A stretch of 64,000 nucleotides of DNA from Eledone cirrhosa. Taxonomy: Eukaryota. Below are positions 1-18,884 of the stretch, piece by piece. A program made the translations under genes and the position numbers. The notes below the pieces were generated by a model that ran no database searches, was not told the origin of the DNA, and worked only from the letters and a program-made list of their open reading frames with translations. Numbering within the stretch: position 1 is the first letter of the stretch; each line of letters opens with the position of its first letter. The stretch spans positions 269,018,001 to 269,082,000 of the forward strand of contig OZ024740.1 in assembly GCA_964016885.1 (NCBI GenBank), read 5' to 3'.

Positions 1-180
1 TGTGCTATTGTGTGTGGTATAGATGGAGATTTTTTACATTTATAGATGTTATATGCTCTTTGCTCGATGTGGAGTAAGAAAATGTTACTGTATAGTTTAC
101 TGTATAACGGTTTAGACCCTACCATTGAGTGGTAGATTTATCTGTATATATATATATAAAGTAATAATAATAGTAATAAT

Positions 181-255
181 AATAATTGTTTCTACTTTTG
201 GCACAAGGCCAGCAATTACCCAGTGCATTACTGGTACTTTATTTTATCGACCCCT
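181..255 (-). mobile_element. tRNA-derived (Meta-domain-like) SINE, 3' fragment
   Basis: ggcacaaggccagcaattacccagtgcattactggtactttattttatcgacccc, which recurs more than 10 times in the window. Confidence 0.8.
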
Positions 256-1135
256 ACGTTTATTGAGTATATTGAGTAGTGACACGCGTGTTGCTATTGA
301 TCAGCTGAAGGTTCTATTTGTATCCATCTAACCGACTCTGGAATCAAAAGCTCGTCGGATCTCTGTTGTGATAACTAATTCTGTCATTACCACAACAGTT
401 GTGTAGGTTTGTTCCATTTTCAACAAATTTCCCCCGACAGAATTTGGGTATATTAGTTGCTAGTTTTGTTGAAAACTTTGGCCAGAAAAAGAAAGCTTAA
501 AGCCCCCAGTATCTTCCTATTTAGTGCAGCGCATAGCGGACATTCAGTTTATTTAAAATGCCAGCATGTTTGACCTTTGGTACTAAGGGTGCCGATAGCC
601 GTCAAAATGTTGTCATCCAAAAGGTAAAGGTCATTTAAAAAGAAACATACAGATTTTTTAGTAATGTAGAAATAACATTATCACACTGCTAAAAATTAAC
701 ACTACTATGAACATTACCAATAACAAAAATAATAAAACCACCACCACCATCACCACCACTAACAACAACAACTACAACGATAATTTCCTTCTTGTTTTTA
801 TTTGAAAAGATTTTCTGGCTTTTCTAACTTCAATAGAAAAGTAGAGACACAAATAACAATAAGTAATGCCGAAAGACATGGGAAAATAAAAATAAAAATA
901 TCGGAAATGGAGAAGAAACGGCTGCAAATGATGGTGTTACTGTTATCACCACTGTGAAAAGCGCCTCTTCCCGGACCTCAATTTGAAAATATCATGGTGA
1001 AATATAGTCAATTAAAGTGTCACAAATACTGTTTTTTGTCCATACATTTTAAGAAAAAAATTTAAACAAACAAGTCATTTCTCTGGGTAATAATTATGAT
1101 GCGACACAGAAATAACAAGATAATTTTGAAAAATT

Positions 1136-1225
1136 AATTGTTTCTATTTTAGGCACAAGGCCAGCAATTACCCAGTACATTACTGGTACTTTATTTTATC
1201 GACCCCGTAAGGATGAAAGGAAAGT
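1136..1225 (-). mobile_element. Same SINE family, 3' fragment
   Basis: Matches family core through gtaaggatgaaagg. Confidence 0.8.
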
Positions 1226-1399
1226 ATAAACCAAAAGAAGAGCACAGATAAACATATCTTGCAGTTAAGGAAGCAGCAAGAAAAAACAAGAAAAATAACC
1301 ACCGCCACCACCACAACTACAGAACAACAAAAACAATAACAGTAGAAGTAGTAACAAGAGTAAGATCAACAAGAATAACAACAACAATAAAAAAACAAT

Positions 1400-3200
1400 A
1401 ATAATTCTTACCTTGTTGGCAACTAGGGTCGAAACCTAAAGGACAATACAAGGAACTGGGGTAATGGAGAGATACACAAAATAACGTGTTAAAAATATTG
1501 AAAACAGGAAAAAATTAGCAATAAATTAATAACAGATTTCCTCATAGGAAACATATCAACCAAGGCTTTTTTAGGAACCTCACACATCTGAAACCATCCT
1601 GATGATATCTAAAAACACATTATGAATGTGCCCCTCTCCTCCCTTTGCTCCCCAACCAACAGGTGCATTTTTAGAGTAGGCACATTTACTTATGACATAC
1701 TCGCTACATTTACCTACTTCTTAAATATACTGTGGAGCAACACTTCCCTTTCCACCCCCACCTTCCTTTCCAAGTGAAACTTGAAAAGGTTGATCAGAGC
1801 TTGGCAGAAGAGGAATATATCTGTCTTCTGTCCTTTCAGTCGCGTCCACCACACATCTTTCACCACAAGCAACAAACAGAAGAAAGCTAGCTTCCCTTTC
1901 CGGCCCAAAGAAAGCGGTGGGTTTTCTTCACGTTAGAGTCGGCATCCCGCATGCAACAATAGTTGTTCGACAACACTCCACAAGTAATCAATGAATATGT
2001 ATAGAACGGTTTGCTTGCTCGGCGCGCATCTCAGACATGTCCGTCAGACATACTTCTCTACCTGTAGAGTTTGTTTCGAACAAGCAGTGCTTCACTGTAG
2101 CTCTATCAAATCAGGAATTTCTAAAAAAGTGTCCATAGTCACAGGGAAGAAAGTCCTCCAGAATAGATTGGATAGTTCATTTTCGTCGACGCGTACACTT
2201 TCTCTGCTACCGTCATGGCTGTTACCCACCACTAGTCCTCTATAGAACACTAACGAGGAAATTCCACTGGCCACATTGCCAGGCATGTTGAGCGCCTGGC
2301 ACCCAGTCTCGGTTTTCTCATGACCAATGACTGCAACTCAGTTAATGAGACAAGTTGCGGAGAGACGCGTCTGACAAGGGGTGACCACACTTGTTCACCA
2401 TTTAAGAATATCGGAAAATGCCGTAGCTTCAAAGCATCTTTGCATATCTTCAGCCACGGCATATCCAGCCATCCATGGAAATGTTCTTGGCAGTAGTTCG
2501 AAAGATCTGATTAGCTTTTGTACCCCCACTCTTCTGTAATCCCCCCCCCCTAACAAAAAAGGGTGAGATTTCCAAAAAAGGTTGTCAGACGTTTGAAGAG
2601 ATCTAGAAAACCGTTCACATCCAGGACAACCAACTTGCCATCCTGGTCCGGGAGGATCGTTCGTACCTCGAGGTTCAAACCTTTCTGAAACAATATTAAC
2701 GTTCCGTCTTCCAATCGGGCAGTATTTCCTTCAGTGCTTTTTCTACCCGCACCTGTTTTCTGGCTCCGGCCGTTTCGTGTCTTTGGATATGTATTTGTAC
2801 GTAACAGTCTTTTTCTGCGTTTCTGCCAACACTTCGCGAGGATGGCTACGCCAACCAAGGATTTTTCTAATGTTATCAGTTTGGCAGCTTGAGCTAAACA
2901 TGTGTCCTTTTCAGCGATGTCCATGCAAAAGATTTCAACACTTTTTCCAGCTGTTACTGCAAACGTATTGTTGTTGCGGTGGTGGTTTTCGCTGTGCTTA
3001 CTGTCATTGCGATAGTGGCGGTGGCGTTCATATTGGCAGGGGTGGAAAGTCTATTCTGTTTGCGGCTGCTGCACCAGATAAGTTTTGGTTGCTGTTGTTG
3101 TTGTTAATGTTACTGTTGCTACTGGTGTTGTTGTTGTTATTGCTTCTGCTTCTGTCATTGTTTTCAGAATTTTGGATGTTACATTCTATTGCCAGTCAGT
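1400..3200 (-). mobile_element. Decayed, internally deleted Tx1/L1-clade LINE (ORF1 tail, APE fragment, ORF2 C-terminus, 3' UTR)
   Basis: ILPDQDGKLVVLDV parallels VHLDLEGRLVVLDL of the 48 kb copy; CxxC-containing C-terminal segment and ALINLFKFHLERKV; stops and frameshifts. Confidence 0.65.
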
Positions 3201-3379
3201 CTTTCTGTTGAGCCGATACAAAGTTTTAGTCAGCCATCTTAATTTCAGCAGAAAATTGGGGGCATGTTTTTCAAACAAGCACAGATTTTGTTCCAGTGCT
3301 GCAGATAGAGCTAAATTAATCAACTCACAAAGTTACTGGTTAGTGTAACTACAAAATAATCACAACATTTCAGAAATAG

Positions 3380-3784
<405 letters not shown>

Positions 3785-4471
3785 TGGATATAGATATATA
3801 TATAGAGAGATATATAATTGAGAAATATACATGTAGTATGCAACGAAATTTTGCAATATAAAAAAGATTTCAAACCAACTGATTACCATCATATTTAATA
3901 TATACACGTAGAGGTAGATAACATAAGAATTGGTATAGATTGCAATATTGTTAACAATCAAGAAAATACATAAACAACAAATGTCTAGATGAATAAAAGT
4001 ATATTAAATAACTGACACAGGAAATAACTAACGATAGCGAAAAAATAAAATATTTTGTTCAATCAAAATTGAAGCTTCAAAGCATTTAAGTAGTTTTTAT
4101 TCAGACATAAGATAGACTAAACATAGACAAGTAACAGAATTTTCTCACAGTTTGCATTCGACTACCAGCCTCCGAATATACAAAAATAAAACCTCCGTCT
4201 CACTTCGAAACCTATGTATTTATTGAACAGTATTCATATTTCTTGAAATTGTCTCTTTAATACAAACAGCATGTATTTATACATAAAGTGTCGGAATTCC
4301 AGTGGAATAGTTATTCTCATCATTACATCCAATCACGTCTGAGAACGTTCAAGCTGTAGGACTTGTGCTCATCTCAATTCTAAATTTGAAACATTTAGAA
4401 CATTTACTTTTAAATTTGAAACATTTAGAAAATTTACTTTTAATATTTATGAGTGCATATTTAAATATATA

Positions 4472-4615
4472 AGCGGTGAATTGACAGAGTCGGTAGAACG
4501 TCGGATGTACTCATTTCAGCTCTCTGCTCACCGAGTTCAAATACCACCGAGATCAACTTGACCTTTCATCCATTCAAGGTCGATAAAAAAGTACCAGTCA
4601 AGCACTAGGGTCGAT
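4472..4615 (+). mobile_element. tRNA-derived SINE, sense copy
   Basis: gcggtgaattgacagagtcggtaga (A-box-like), gagttcaaatacc (B-box-like), cctttcatcc...ggtcgataaa core. Confidence 0.75.
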
Positions 4616-4891
4616 TCTTCTTCTATATCTCTTTCTCAATTCCTTTCTGTTGCCCTCTCTATCCTTCTGTGGAAGAAATCTACTGCAGTCAGACCTGGAG
4701 AGGCGATGGGCTTCACTAGGTTTAAAAAATAAAAATGCCCCAGAAAGGCCATATGTCAATATGGTACCCCAACGGCTCCCTCAGGAGTTACTGTCCCATT
4801 CCATTCCATACCATATATATATATATACACACATATATATATATATGTGTGTGTGTGTGTGCGTGTATGTGTGTGTGTGTGTGTGTGTGGT

Positions 4892-4986
<95 letters not shown>

Positions 4987-5108
4987 GAGTGTGTGTGTGC
5001 GTGTCTGGTTGTGTGTGTGTGTGTAAAAGGTAAAGAGAAACAACAACACAACCGGTACAGTATATGGAAGGAATATATTAGGTTAACGCTTAAAATAACA
5101 GGAAGAGG

Positions 5109-5150
5109 GTCTCACCGTTTCGGACGCTAGTCCTTCACCAGAAGAAAGAA
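5109..5150 (-). ncRNA. Degenerate minimal hammerhead motif in a PLE pLTR fragment after (GT)n
   Basis: Minus strand: CTGGTGA-a-ggac-tagc-gtcc-GAAAC-ggt; one core substitution. Confidence 0.5.
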
Positions 5151-5665
5151 TGAGAAGTAAAATATATTGATGGGACGGGCGGGTTGTAATTAGAAAAAAA
5201 TGTCTTTAGATAAAAATAATAGGTCCATTCATGTTGACATCTCTTACACTTTCAGAACAGCACAGTTTGTATATTAAGCTTTGAGGTAAATATAATTTTG
5301 CAAGACAAATTTCAGTCAAATTAATTTGGCAACGGTTGTGAAATTCTGGTGGATTTCATATGATGGTCTCAGACTATCTTTCACGTACGTAATAAATAAT
5401 ATTTTTCTATTATATTTAATACTTGATTATTTTCTTCTTTAGCTGTATAGTATATCAGCTTCCTCGCCTTTTTCAAGGGTTATATAGTTATAGATTTTAT
5501 TTATCATGTGGTTATTTCCATTAATTATATTTGCAAATAGGTATTCTCACACTATTGTCCCAAAATGCAGCAGATTGTATTGAAAAGAAAAACATTTTTA
5601 CTCACTCAGTGTTTTTCCATATCAATCCGTTTTCTGACATTTTATAGTCTTCCACTATCACTCAC

Positions 5666-5731
5666 CACTCAATAAATATTCACTTTCCTTCGTAATGGCT
5701 TCAGAAGCCATCATGGTGTATATTTGCAATT
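5666..5731 (-). CDS. Candidate 66-nt symmetric phase-1 host exon (xLQIYTMMASEAITKESEYLLS)
   Basis: Long polypyrimidine tract + cacAG acceptor, GTGAGT donor, open frame, unique sequence; no recognisable homology. Confidence 0.3.
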
Positions 5732-6529
5732 CTGTGGGTGAAAATAAAAAAAAATAGAAAGAAATGAGAAAATAATGAGTAAATAATGCGAACAAATTTA
5801 TTAATACGTATATTTGTTTGACTCTTTTAGATTTATAAACGCAAATATATTATAAAAGAAAATAATTCTTTTCCGATGTTTATGGTCATGTGATTTCGGA
5901 AATCAAACAATGCGAAAAAGTAAAAGAATAAAGTGAGTGATATTATTAAGACTCCAACGACCATAAAGGCTTTTGTTTATACAGCTGGTGCTGATAATTA
6001 GAACACTAAAAATAAAGGTGATTCTGATTTGTATTATAAAGGTGAAGCCGTCATTTTTTAAAGTTTATATTCGATTGGAATTGAACAGTAGAATAATGAT
6101 TTGATAATAAGGACAAGACAAGAAATTTTTTTTTTGGGGGGGGGGTCAAATACAGTGACCCCAGTACCTCATTGGTACTTTATTTTATCGACCTGGGGGC
6201 GATGAAAGCAAAGTAGATCTCAACTTGATTTAAAATCAGAACGGAATTATTTTGTCCCACGTTTTAATGATACCACCAATCTACTGGTGCTATGAGTAGC
6301 AGAATAGGGCAATAGATTTGGTACAATAACATACTGTTTGTGGCGTCTTCCACTCTAATAAGGGTTTCTAACATAGATACAAAACCACTTAATTGTACTT
6401 CATTTATACTTATTTAATTTGACACGCGAGAGCTGAAAGGCAAATATGACGTCCATGGTATTTGAACACAAAATGTAAAGTGATGCAACCAACATTCCAC
6501 CAGGAATATATATATAAATATATATATAT

Positions 6530-7391
6530 ATATACAATAAAGTACGTCCATAGAATCATTTGATAAAATATATACATTATTTCCTCTCCCAGTCAGCATA
6601 ATCAACCACACAAAAAAACAATTAAACAAGACTATAAGATTAAAAGGCACCTATGAAAAAAACAATAGACAAATAAACGATAGCTATCTATCCGTGAGCA
6701 ACAGCTATAGAATATTTACCCAGCATTTCTAATAGCACGTGGAAATAGGTACAAAATTAAAGTTAGAAGAAAAAAATGTATATAAGCATACCAAAATTAT
6801 GTTTCTACCCCATGAGTTTTCATTCGCATTTTGAAAATATCCGATCAAGGATAAATTCACGAGTTTCAAAATCATCAGGAAACAAACTCAATTGGACGAA
6901 GATTTTTTTAAATGATCCCCGCCAGAAACGAATTCAAAATGGCCAAGAACTGTGACGTGGCTAGTGGTCAAGTCAGAAATAATGTGATTGGTGCCTTCCG
7001 GCGAGTGGGCTAGTTGCTAGAAAGCGCAGCCTAATACTGCCTAAATTGCATCTCAACCATATGGGAGATTATCAAATATAAATATATACATAAACTAGAC
7101 AAAGTCATATATATATATATGTTTTGGGCGACCATTCACGATGTGGCTCAATGACGAATTAATTAATTAAATAATCAACAATCAGAGCAATATACAATAA
7201 AGTACGTCCATAGAATCATTCGATAAAATATATATACTATTTCCTCTCCCAATCAGCATAATCAACCACACAAAAAAACAATTAAACAAGGCTATAAGAT
7301 TAAAAGGCACCTATGAAGAAACAATAGATAAATAAACAATAGCTATCTATCCGCGATCAACAGCTATAGAATATTTACCCAGCATTTCTAA
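6530..7391 (+). repeat. ~200-bp direct duplication (6530-6732 and 7190-7391)
   Basis: tatacaataaagtacgtccatagaatcatt...cccagcatttctaa present twice with few differences. Confidence 0.85.
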
Positions 7392-7631
7392 AAGTCATAG
7401 ATATATATATACTTTATTGTATATTGCTCTGATTGTTGATTATTTATTTATTGGTGGCGGTAGTATGTATATATGTATATATATACATATATCTATGTTA
7501 TATATCACAAGGGAACGGATGAAAAACCCAAAAGCACGAACTTCATCCGTTCCCACGTCGATTCAATTTGGATTGCCTCGGAAACAACCTTATTACGTAA
7601 CAAGCTGTCTATATATATATATATATATATA

Positions 7632-10600
7632 TATGGGGAGGGTCATATTGTTGTAATAATATTGCCAGAATTAATAACAACTCGTTGGTTGGTTTTCTCT
7701 TCTGTATCTTTTATATCAGTTAATTCATTCGATCCTTAATGTTTACCATTGACTGACCAACGGTACAAAATACAGATATAATATAGATATAAACACATAT
7801 ATATAGTCTAACAAAGTTCTTTCGTTGCACTTCTGCAATATTGTCAGTGGTGCTATTATTTTCCTCCTGTTGTATCTACACCATATCTATTTTATCTGCT
7901 TATTTATTTATTTATTTATTTATTTATTTTTGTTTTCTTCTCTACGCATGCGTTTGCGTGTGTGTATAGTGTTTAATGGTGTTCGCGTGTGGGTGACTGT
8001 GTTTTGGTTATTGTATTCTATCTTAGTTTCCTAGTGTGTGCTTATATATGTTTGTTGTTATTGTGCTTGTGTATATATTTATTTATTTATTTATATTTCT
8101 CTTTAGTCAGTATTGTTTGTTGGGTGTTGTTATTCCATTCATTTTTTCTGTTTAGCTTTGGCCTTCTAAGTTCTATTTCGCTTGCTTCTCTGATTTGCCT
8201 ATCTGCTGGGTCATTTCTATGTTTAGATATTATTTTAATTTCTATGTTGTCTATGTTACAGTCATGCTGTTGTCTGGCTTGTTCGTATAGTACTGAACCG
8301 TTTTTTCGTCCTTTTAGTCCCCCCCAGTGTTGGTCTATCCTTTCACCTATGCTACGAGCTGTCTCACCTATGTATGTTGTTGTCATGTTTCTGTAAGTAC
8401 CCTCTGTACATCTTATGCTATAGACTACGTTTCTAGTTTTACAGTTTACCCGGGGGTTTACTTTACATATGATACATTTCCTATTAGTACAGTGGGTTTT
8501 CTTAAAAGGGTAGGTTTTGCTGATCAGGGATTTTATGGTAGTTCCTGGCTTTTCTACCACTTTAATCTTTAAGTGGTTCTTTCTTAGGGCCTTTCTACAC
8601 TGGTTAGTTAATTTCCCTCCATGGTAGCGTCCACAAACATGGCACTCTGGTATCTCTGGTTGTCGTACCATGAGGTGGCTTTCCCTATCTTATGTTTAGC
8701 ACTATCTAAGCTATTCCATGATTTGCTCCTGTATAATGGGCAAATTCCTTTCATGTCCAGTTCTATGGGGATCTTATACTTCTCCATGGCTCCTTCGTAT
8801 ACTCTGATTCTGTCTCTTTGGTTGTAGCCAGAGAACTGTATGCGGTTGATGAAGTGTTCGATGTATTTTTCCATTTCTGTTGGGTCGCACATGCGGGACA
8901 TGTTCTTCATCACTTGTACCAAGTCTGCGATTAGAATATTAAACTTAGCACTACTGGACATTGCTGAGTTTTTAAGTATCAGGTATTTGGAGGCCATGGG
9001 TTTAGCGTAGTGTGAGTGAAGAATTTGGGCGCTTTCGTCTATAGTGTTAATCCAGAGTTCCGTGTCTAATACAGGTAGTTTATTGTTAGGGTGTTTGGAA
9101 GGGTAGTCGATAGTTACAGTTATACTCTGGTGTATGGAATTAGCTATCTGCTGGATGCTTTCCATTGTGCTACATTCTAAATCATACTTGTTAGTACTCT
9201 CTTGTGGAGGTGTCCTTATTACTATATTAATATCGTCTACGTAACGAGAGTACATGATGAGGTCTATGGAGCTCTCATCAAGGATATCTTTGAGTCTACT
9301 TTCCCACCATACCATAAAACGGTTGGCAACGCCACCAGCTATGCTGACGCCTATGGCTCCTCCTTCATTTTGGGTATAGATCTTCTCGTTGAATTTGAAT
9401 ATGTGGCCCTTTAGGGTAGTTTTAATACTAGCCCCTATTGCATGGGCAACCATTTTTCTTACCTTATCATTGTTTTGGGGGGTCCGTATGGCTTTGGTCC
9501 ACCCAATCCACCTTCCTATGGGAGTCTTTTTTGTCATTGAGGTTATGGTGGGGGGGGGTCTACCTCTTATGGGTCTACTGGTGAAGAAACGGCTAAGATC
9601 ATGGTTGTCTAGGTACTCGATGTCATAAGTAAGTCTAAGTAGGAGGCTCACTTCATCTGTGTCGACGTCGCAGAACTCCACCTCACTCTCACTGATCATC
9701 TCCACCCATTTTTCCACAGCAAAATCAATGTTAATAGAGGGGTACAGTGATACCACGTCCATACTGCCTATTATGCAGTTAGATAGGTGTTTGTTGCATT
9801 CATTGATTCTGCTGAGGAGGTCCTCTGTACTGTCACATACATCTGGGGATATCTTGATTATGGGGCGTATAACCATTGAGAGGATGTAGGAGATCCTGCA
9901 GTTGCTAGCGTCCTTAGCTCCGCATACAGGTCTTGTTGGTGGTCCTGTTGTCGGGTCGTCGACTGTCTTATGGTCTTTGCAGTGCCCATACAAGTGTGGT
10001 ATGTCATTGTTAGACGCCTGGAAGTTGTTGGCAGTGCGTCTGCTTGGCTGTAGGATGTCGTTCTACGTCATCATGTGAGCGTTGAGGATTTTCTCTCTCC
10101 CCTCATGTATTTGTTGTGTAATTTCGCTCGTGTTGGCGATGTGGGGTTGCTTAGCCTTGGTGTAGTTCGGCATGCTGTCTATTGACATCCTAGCAGACTT
10201 ATCCGTGGGTAGACATATTACCTCACCATCCCTTGTGTGCTGCTTGAGGCTAACTAAGCCTTCTACAGGTTTCCTTCCAAGTTGTTGGACCTCTGGTCTG
10301 CTTTGTTTCTTAGTATATCGGTCTACTATTTGTCTAATCTTATTTCTAGCTTTGGTGAACTGTGCCTGTCTCGTCATCTATTTGTTGTGGTATACAAACC
10401 CTTTTATTAAAGGGTAACCTCGTAGGATAAATTTTACTCATCCTATATGTTTTGTCAGCTGGATTGAAGAATAGTTTCTGTAAGGGGTTGTCATTATGTC
10501 TATCGTCATGGTTGTGTGTGTTGTTATTACTGTTATTATGGTTGTTGTTGTTCCTACCATTAACATTATTATTATTGTTATGATTGCTAGATGCATTGTT

Positions 10601-11520
10601 GTTATGATTGTTAGATGCATTGTTGTTGTTTTCTCTATTGTTATTGTTGTTGTTACTGTTATTTCTACCATTGTGGTTGTTACTTTTATTATTATGTTTC
10701 TTGTTTTTGTTGTTGTTGTGTCTATCATTAATGTTCCTACTCGTATTATTTCCATTACTACTACTGTGTTTTTTGTTGTTGTTCTGTCTTACTGTTGTTA
10801 ATATTACTACCACTATTATTATCACTATTTCTCACTCTCCTGCTATTGTTATTGTTATGACTATTACTATTATAGCTGTTATTTCTATACTCGGAGTTAT
10901 TGTCCGTATAGTTGTTGTTGTTTATTTTCGCATTCCAGCGTATTTTTGTGAAACACTTTTCCAGCTCGGTTTTACACTCGATTGGATTTATATTTTTGTA
11001 GATAGCAAATTTCGGTGGGAGCTGTTGAGCCTGTTATTCTTGTTCATTGATTAAAGTGTTCCCATAAATATTTAGTGTGTGGTCTTTGGTAAATTCTGCC
11101 GGTAATGCTATGTCTGTCATACAGATTTTGTCGATGTTACCTGGGTATTTTTGTAAATTTTCTATTTTCCTTTCTTCTTGTTTTTTCTTCTTCATTCATC
11201 CTAATTTCTTATTGAAATGTCTATTGCATTCGTTTTGAGCATATTTTGTTTCACATCATATTTTGCTTCAACAAAAGAACTTTGTTAGACTATATATATG
11301 TGTTTATATCTATAATATATCTGTATGTTTGACCGTTGGTCAGTCAATGGTAAACATTGAGGACCGAATGAATTAACTGATATAAAAGATACAGAAGCGA
11401 AAGCCAACCAAACAGTGAGTGTGTTCTGTTATTAATTCTGGCAATATTATTACAACAATATGCCCCTCCCCAAGTATAACAATATTTGTTTCGACACACT
11501 ATTTCATATAAAACAAAATA
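7632..11520 (-). mobile_element. Naiad-like Penelope-like element, decayed, with inverted 5' pLTR segment (~11269-11520)
   Basis: ORF pieces 8608-9993 (RT: SMDVVSLYPSI, QNEGGAIG, YVDD) and 8087-8671 (CxxxxCxxC, VVY..YIGET..RIDQH GIY-YIG); frameshifts; pLTR 7632-7870; (TA)n flanks. Confidence 0.9.
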
Positions 11521-11521
11521 T

Positions 11522-16555
<5,034 letters not shown>

Positions 16556-16599
16556 ATATATATATATATATATATATATTTGTGTTTGGATGAATAGTG

Positions 16600-17567
16600 G
16601 TAAGTAGAAACAATTCAATATGGGGGCCAGACGCCAACAAGGATATTTTCTGACTCCTTTCGTGTTCATAATCATCATGGACTGGACTGACATGAGCAGC
16701 CGGGTTGGAAGTTGTCCCAGGACTGACACATGTAAAATCAGTCGGTTAGATTTACTGACAACATGGTATTGATTAACTCGTCAGCAGGTGTCTTCCGACA
16801 TACACTTGATAGTTTTGATGTCGAGTGCTGCACGACTGAAATAAAAATTAGTGCTGCGAAGACTGAGATACATCCTCCTCTCAAGAAAGCCTGTGCATTG
16901 CACTCTAAATGTGGATGGAGTTCGACCAAATCATGTGAAGAAGTTCAAGTATCTCGGGGCCGTTTTTACCAGTAATGGAAGGCTAAATTAAGAGCAAGAA
17001 TTGGAGGAGCTGGTGCAGAAATGCACTAGCTTCAGCATTCGCTCATCAGAAGAAAGAAGGAAGGTGTAAAAGCTAAACTTGCTATATTCAATTCGGTATT
17101 CGTACCAACTTTTACATATGGTCATGCATTTTGAGTAATGACCGAAAGAATATTATCCCGAATAAAAACGGTGGAAATAGGGATTCTCCGAAGGGTCTCT
17201 GGAGTAATGTTGCTCGATAGAGTGCATAGCTCGGAGTTCAGGCAGTCGTTCCAGATAGAGCCGCTAAGTCTCCGAATTGAGAGATCATACCTCCAATAAA
17301 ACGGTCATGTGGTTAGAATGTCTCAGTAAAGAATTGCTAGACAGATTTTACTGTCAAATCCAACCGGCCTGAGAGCCCCGAGCAGATCCCGAGCAAGCAG
17401 GTTGGATAACATGGCTTGACTGGTCTCATGTGGAGATCTAGGAGGAACAATTGGAGACAGTTGCTTCTGACAGGACCGGCTGGGAGGTGTGCTGGGATAC
17501 TCTGACCCCATGCCCTTCCTATGAAGAAGAAGAAGAAGAAGAAGAAGAAGAAGAAGAAGAAGAAGAA

Positions 17568-17598
<31 letters not shown>

Positions 17599-17641
17599 AA
17601 GAAGAAGAAGAAGAAGAAGAAGAAGAAGAAGAAGAAGAAGA
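16600..17641 (+). mobile_element. RTE-clade LINE 3' portion, decayed, with (GAA)n tail
   Basis: KISAAKTE, KFKYLG, FVPT.TYGH, GHVVRM and PTG..P..R.R..WLD-like motifs across frameshifts; (GAA)n at 17522-17641. Confidence 0.85.
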
Positions 17642-17839
17642 AAACTTCGAGATATTAATGAACATTATATATAAATACATGTATATATATATATAAATAT
17701 ATATATGCATACATATATACATACATATATATATATATACATATACATACATACATATATATATGTATACATAAATGTATATATATATATACATACATGT
17801 ATACATATACATATATATATATATACATATATATATATA

Positions 17840-18036
17840 CAAAACAAAGGAATTGTGGTAAGGAACCAGGTGGACCATAACGCACCAGAGTCCTCAATAC
17901 TTAGGGTAGTAGAGTGGGAAATAGGAAAAAGTATTACCCCGACGGCAGAGCTCAAGCAGTTTCGACGGCTATTTCTGTCCAGAAATAGCCGTCGAAACGG
18001 CTTGAGCTCTGCCGTCGGGATCATACTTTTTCCTAT
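17840..18036. repeat. Short fold-back element in (TA)n; ~55-bp-arm hairpin 17921-18036
   Basis: Arms reverse complementary with loop gtcc; second family member at 56694-56883. Confidence 0.85.
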
Positions 18037-18092
18037 ATATATACATATATTCATAAATATACATATACATACATATATATGCATATATGTAT

Positions 18093-18126
<34 letters not shown>

Positions 18127-18180
18127 ATGTATGCATGTATGTATATATATGTATGTATGTATATATATATATATATACAT

Positions 18181-18790
18181 GTGGTCAGGTCACCAGTTTG
18201 TGCTACTGGTAACATGTGTCCCAGTCAAACCTGTCTCATGGTAGGGTCGTTGGCGACTAAACTGGCAACCCCACCAAGTTTCTTGGTGAGGAGGATGACT
18301 TTGGATATCCTGCAGGACTAAAAACAAAGCCTGTCAAAGAGCAAAGGAGCTCTTAAGAGTCAATGGCCATCCAAAATCACCGGGAGAAATGACCTCTTAG
18401 CCTTTGTCAAGGTAGAATTCTAGGAGAAGGAAAACTCTGATATAACACCTGCAACACTGATGGTATCCAATGATGTTGATTTGTTCTTGTTTTTGGTAAA
18501 TATCATCTTGGTTAAGAGAGTGGGACTGGCTTTGTGCTGTGCCTTTGCTCACTATAAAAGCTTCACGGCACAGGCATTACTTTATATCTGGAGATATCTC
18601 CGCACTTGTCGTCACATGGTTCCATGGGCCCAGCACTATGTGTCAATAATTGTTACAAGTGTAGTGTTTGTACCAGAGTTTTCAAGTCGCTGGCTGGACT
18701 AAAAAGTCACACTCGTTCAGCGCATTGGTAGGGGTTCTCCTACATGGATATAAAGTAGTGGCCGTACTCGAAAACGAGTTGGCAGCCACC
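18181..18790 (+). mobile_element. Non-coding ~610-bp element resembling an RTE 5' UTR; second copy inverted at 45064-45507
   Basis: Contains ctaggagaaggaaaactctga (motif familiar from RTE 5' UTRs); both copies flanked by (TA)n. Confidence 0.55.
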
Positions 18791-18884
18791 ATATATATAT
18801 ATATGTATATATATATGTGTGTATGTATATGTATGTATATATATATGTATGTATATGTATATATGTATGTATATATATATATGT

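Noticed and set aside
4472-4550. tRNA genes at SINE heads
   Set aside because: A/B boxes only, no cloverleaf, fused to a SINE body
6855-6885. HHR-like CTGATGA-tttt-GAAAC on minus
   Set aside because: No stem II; at best a remnant
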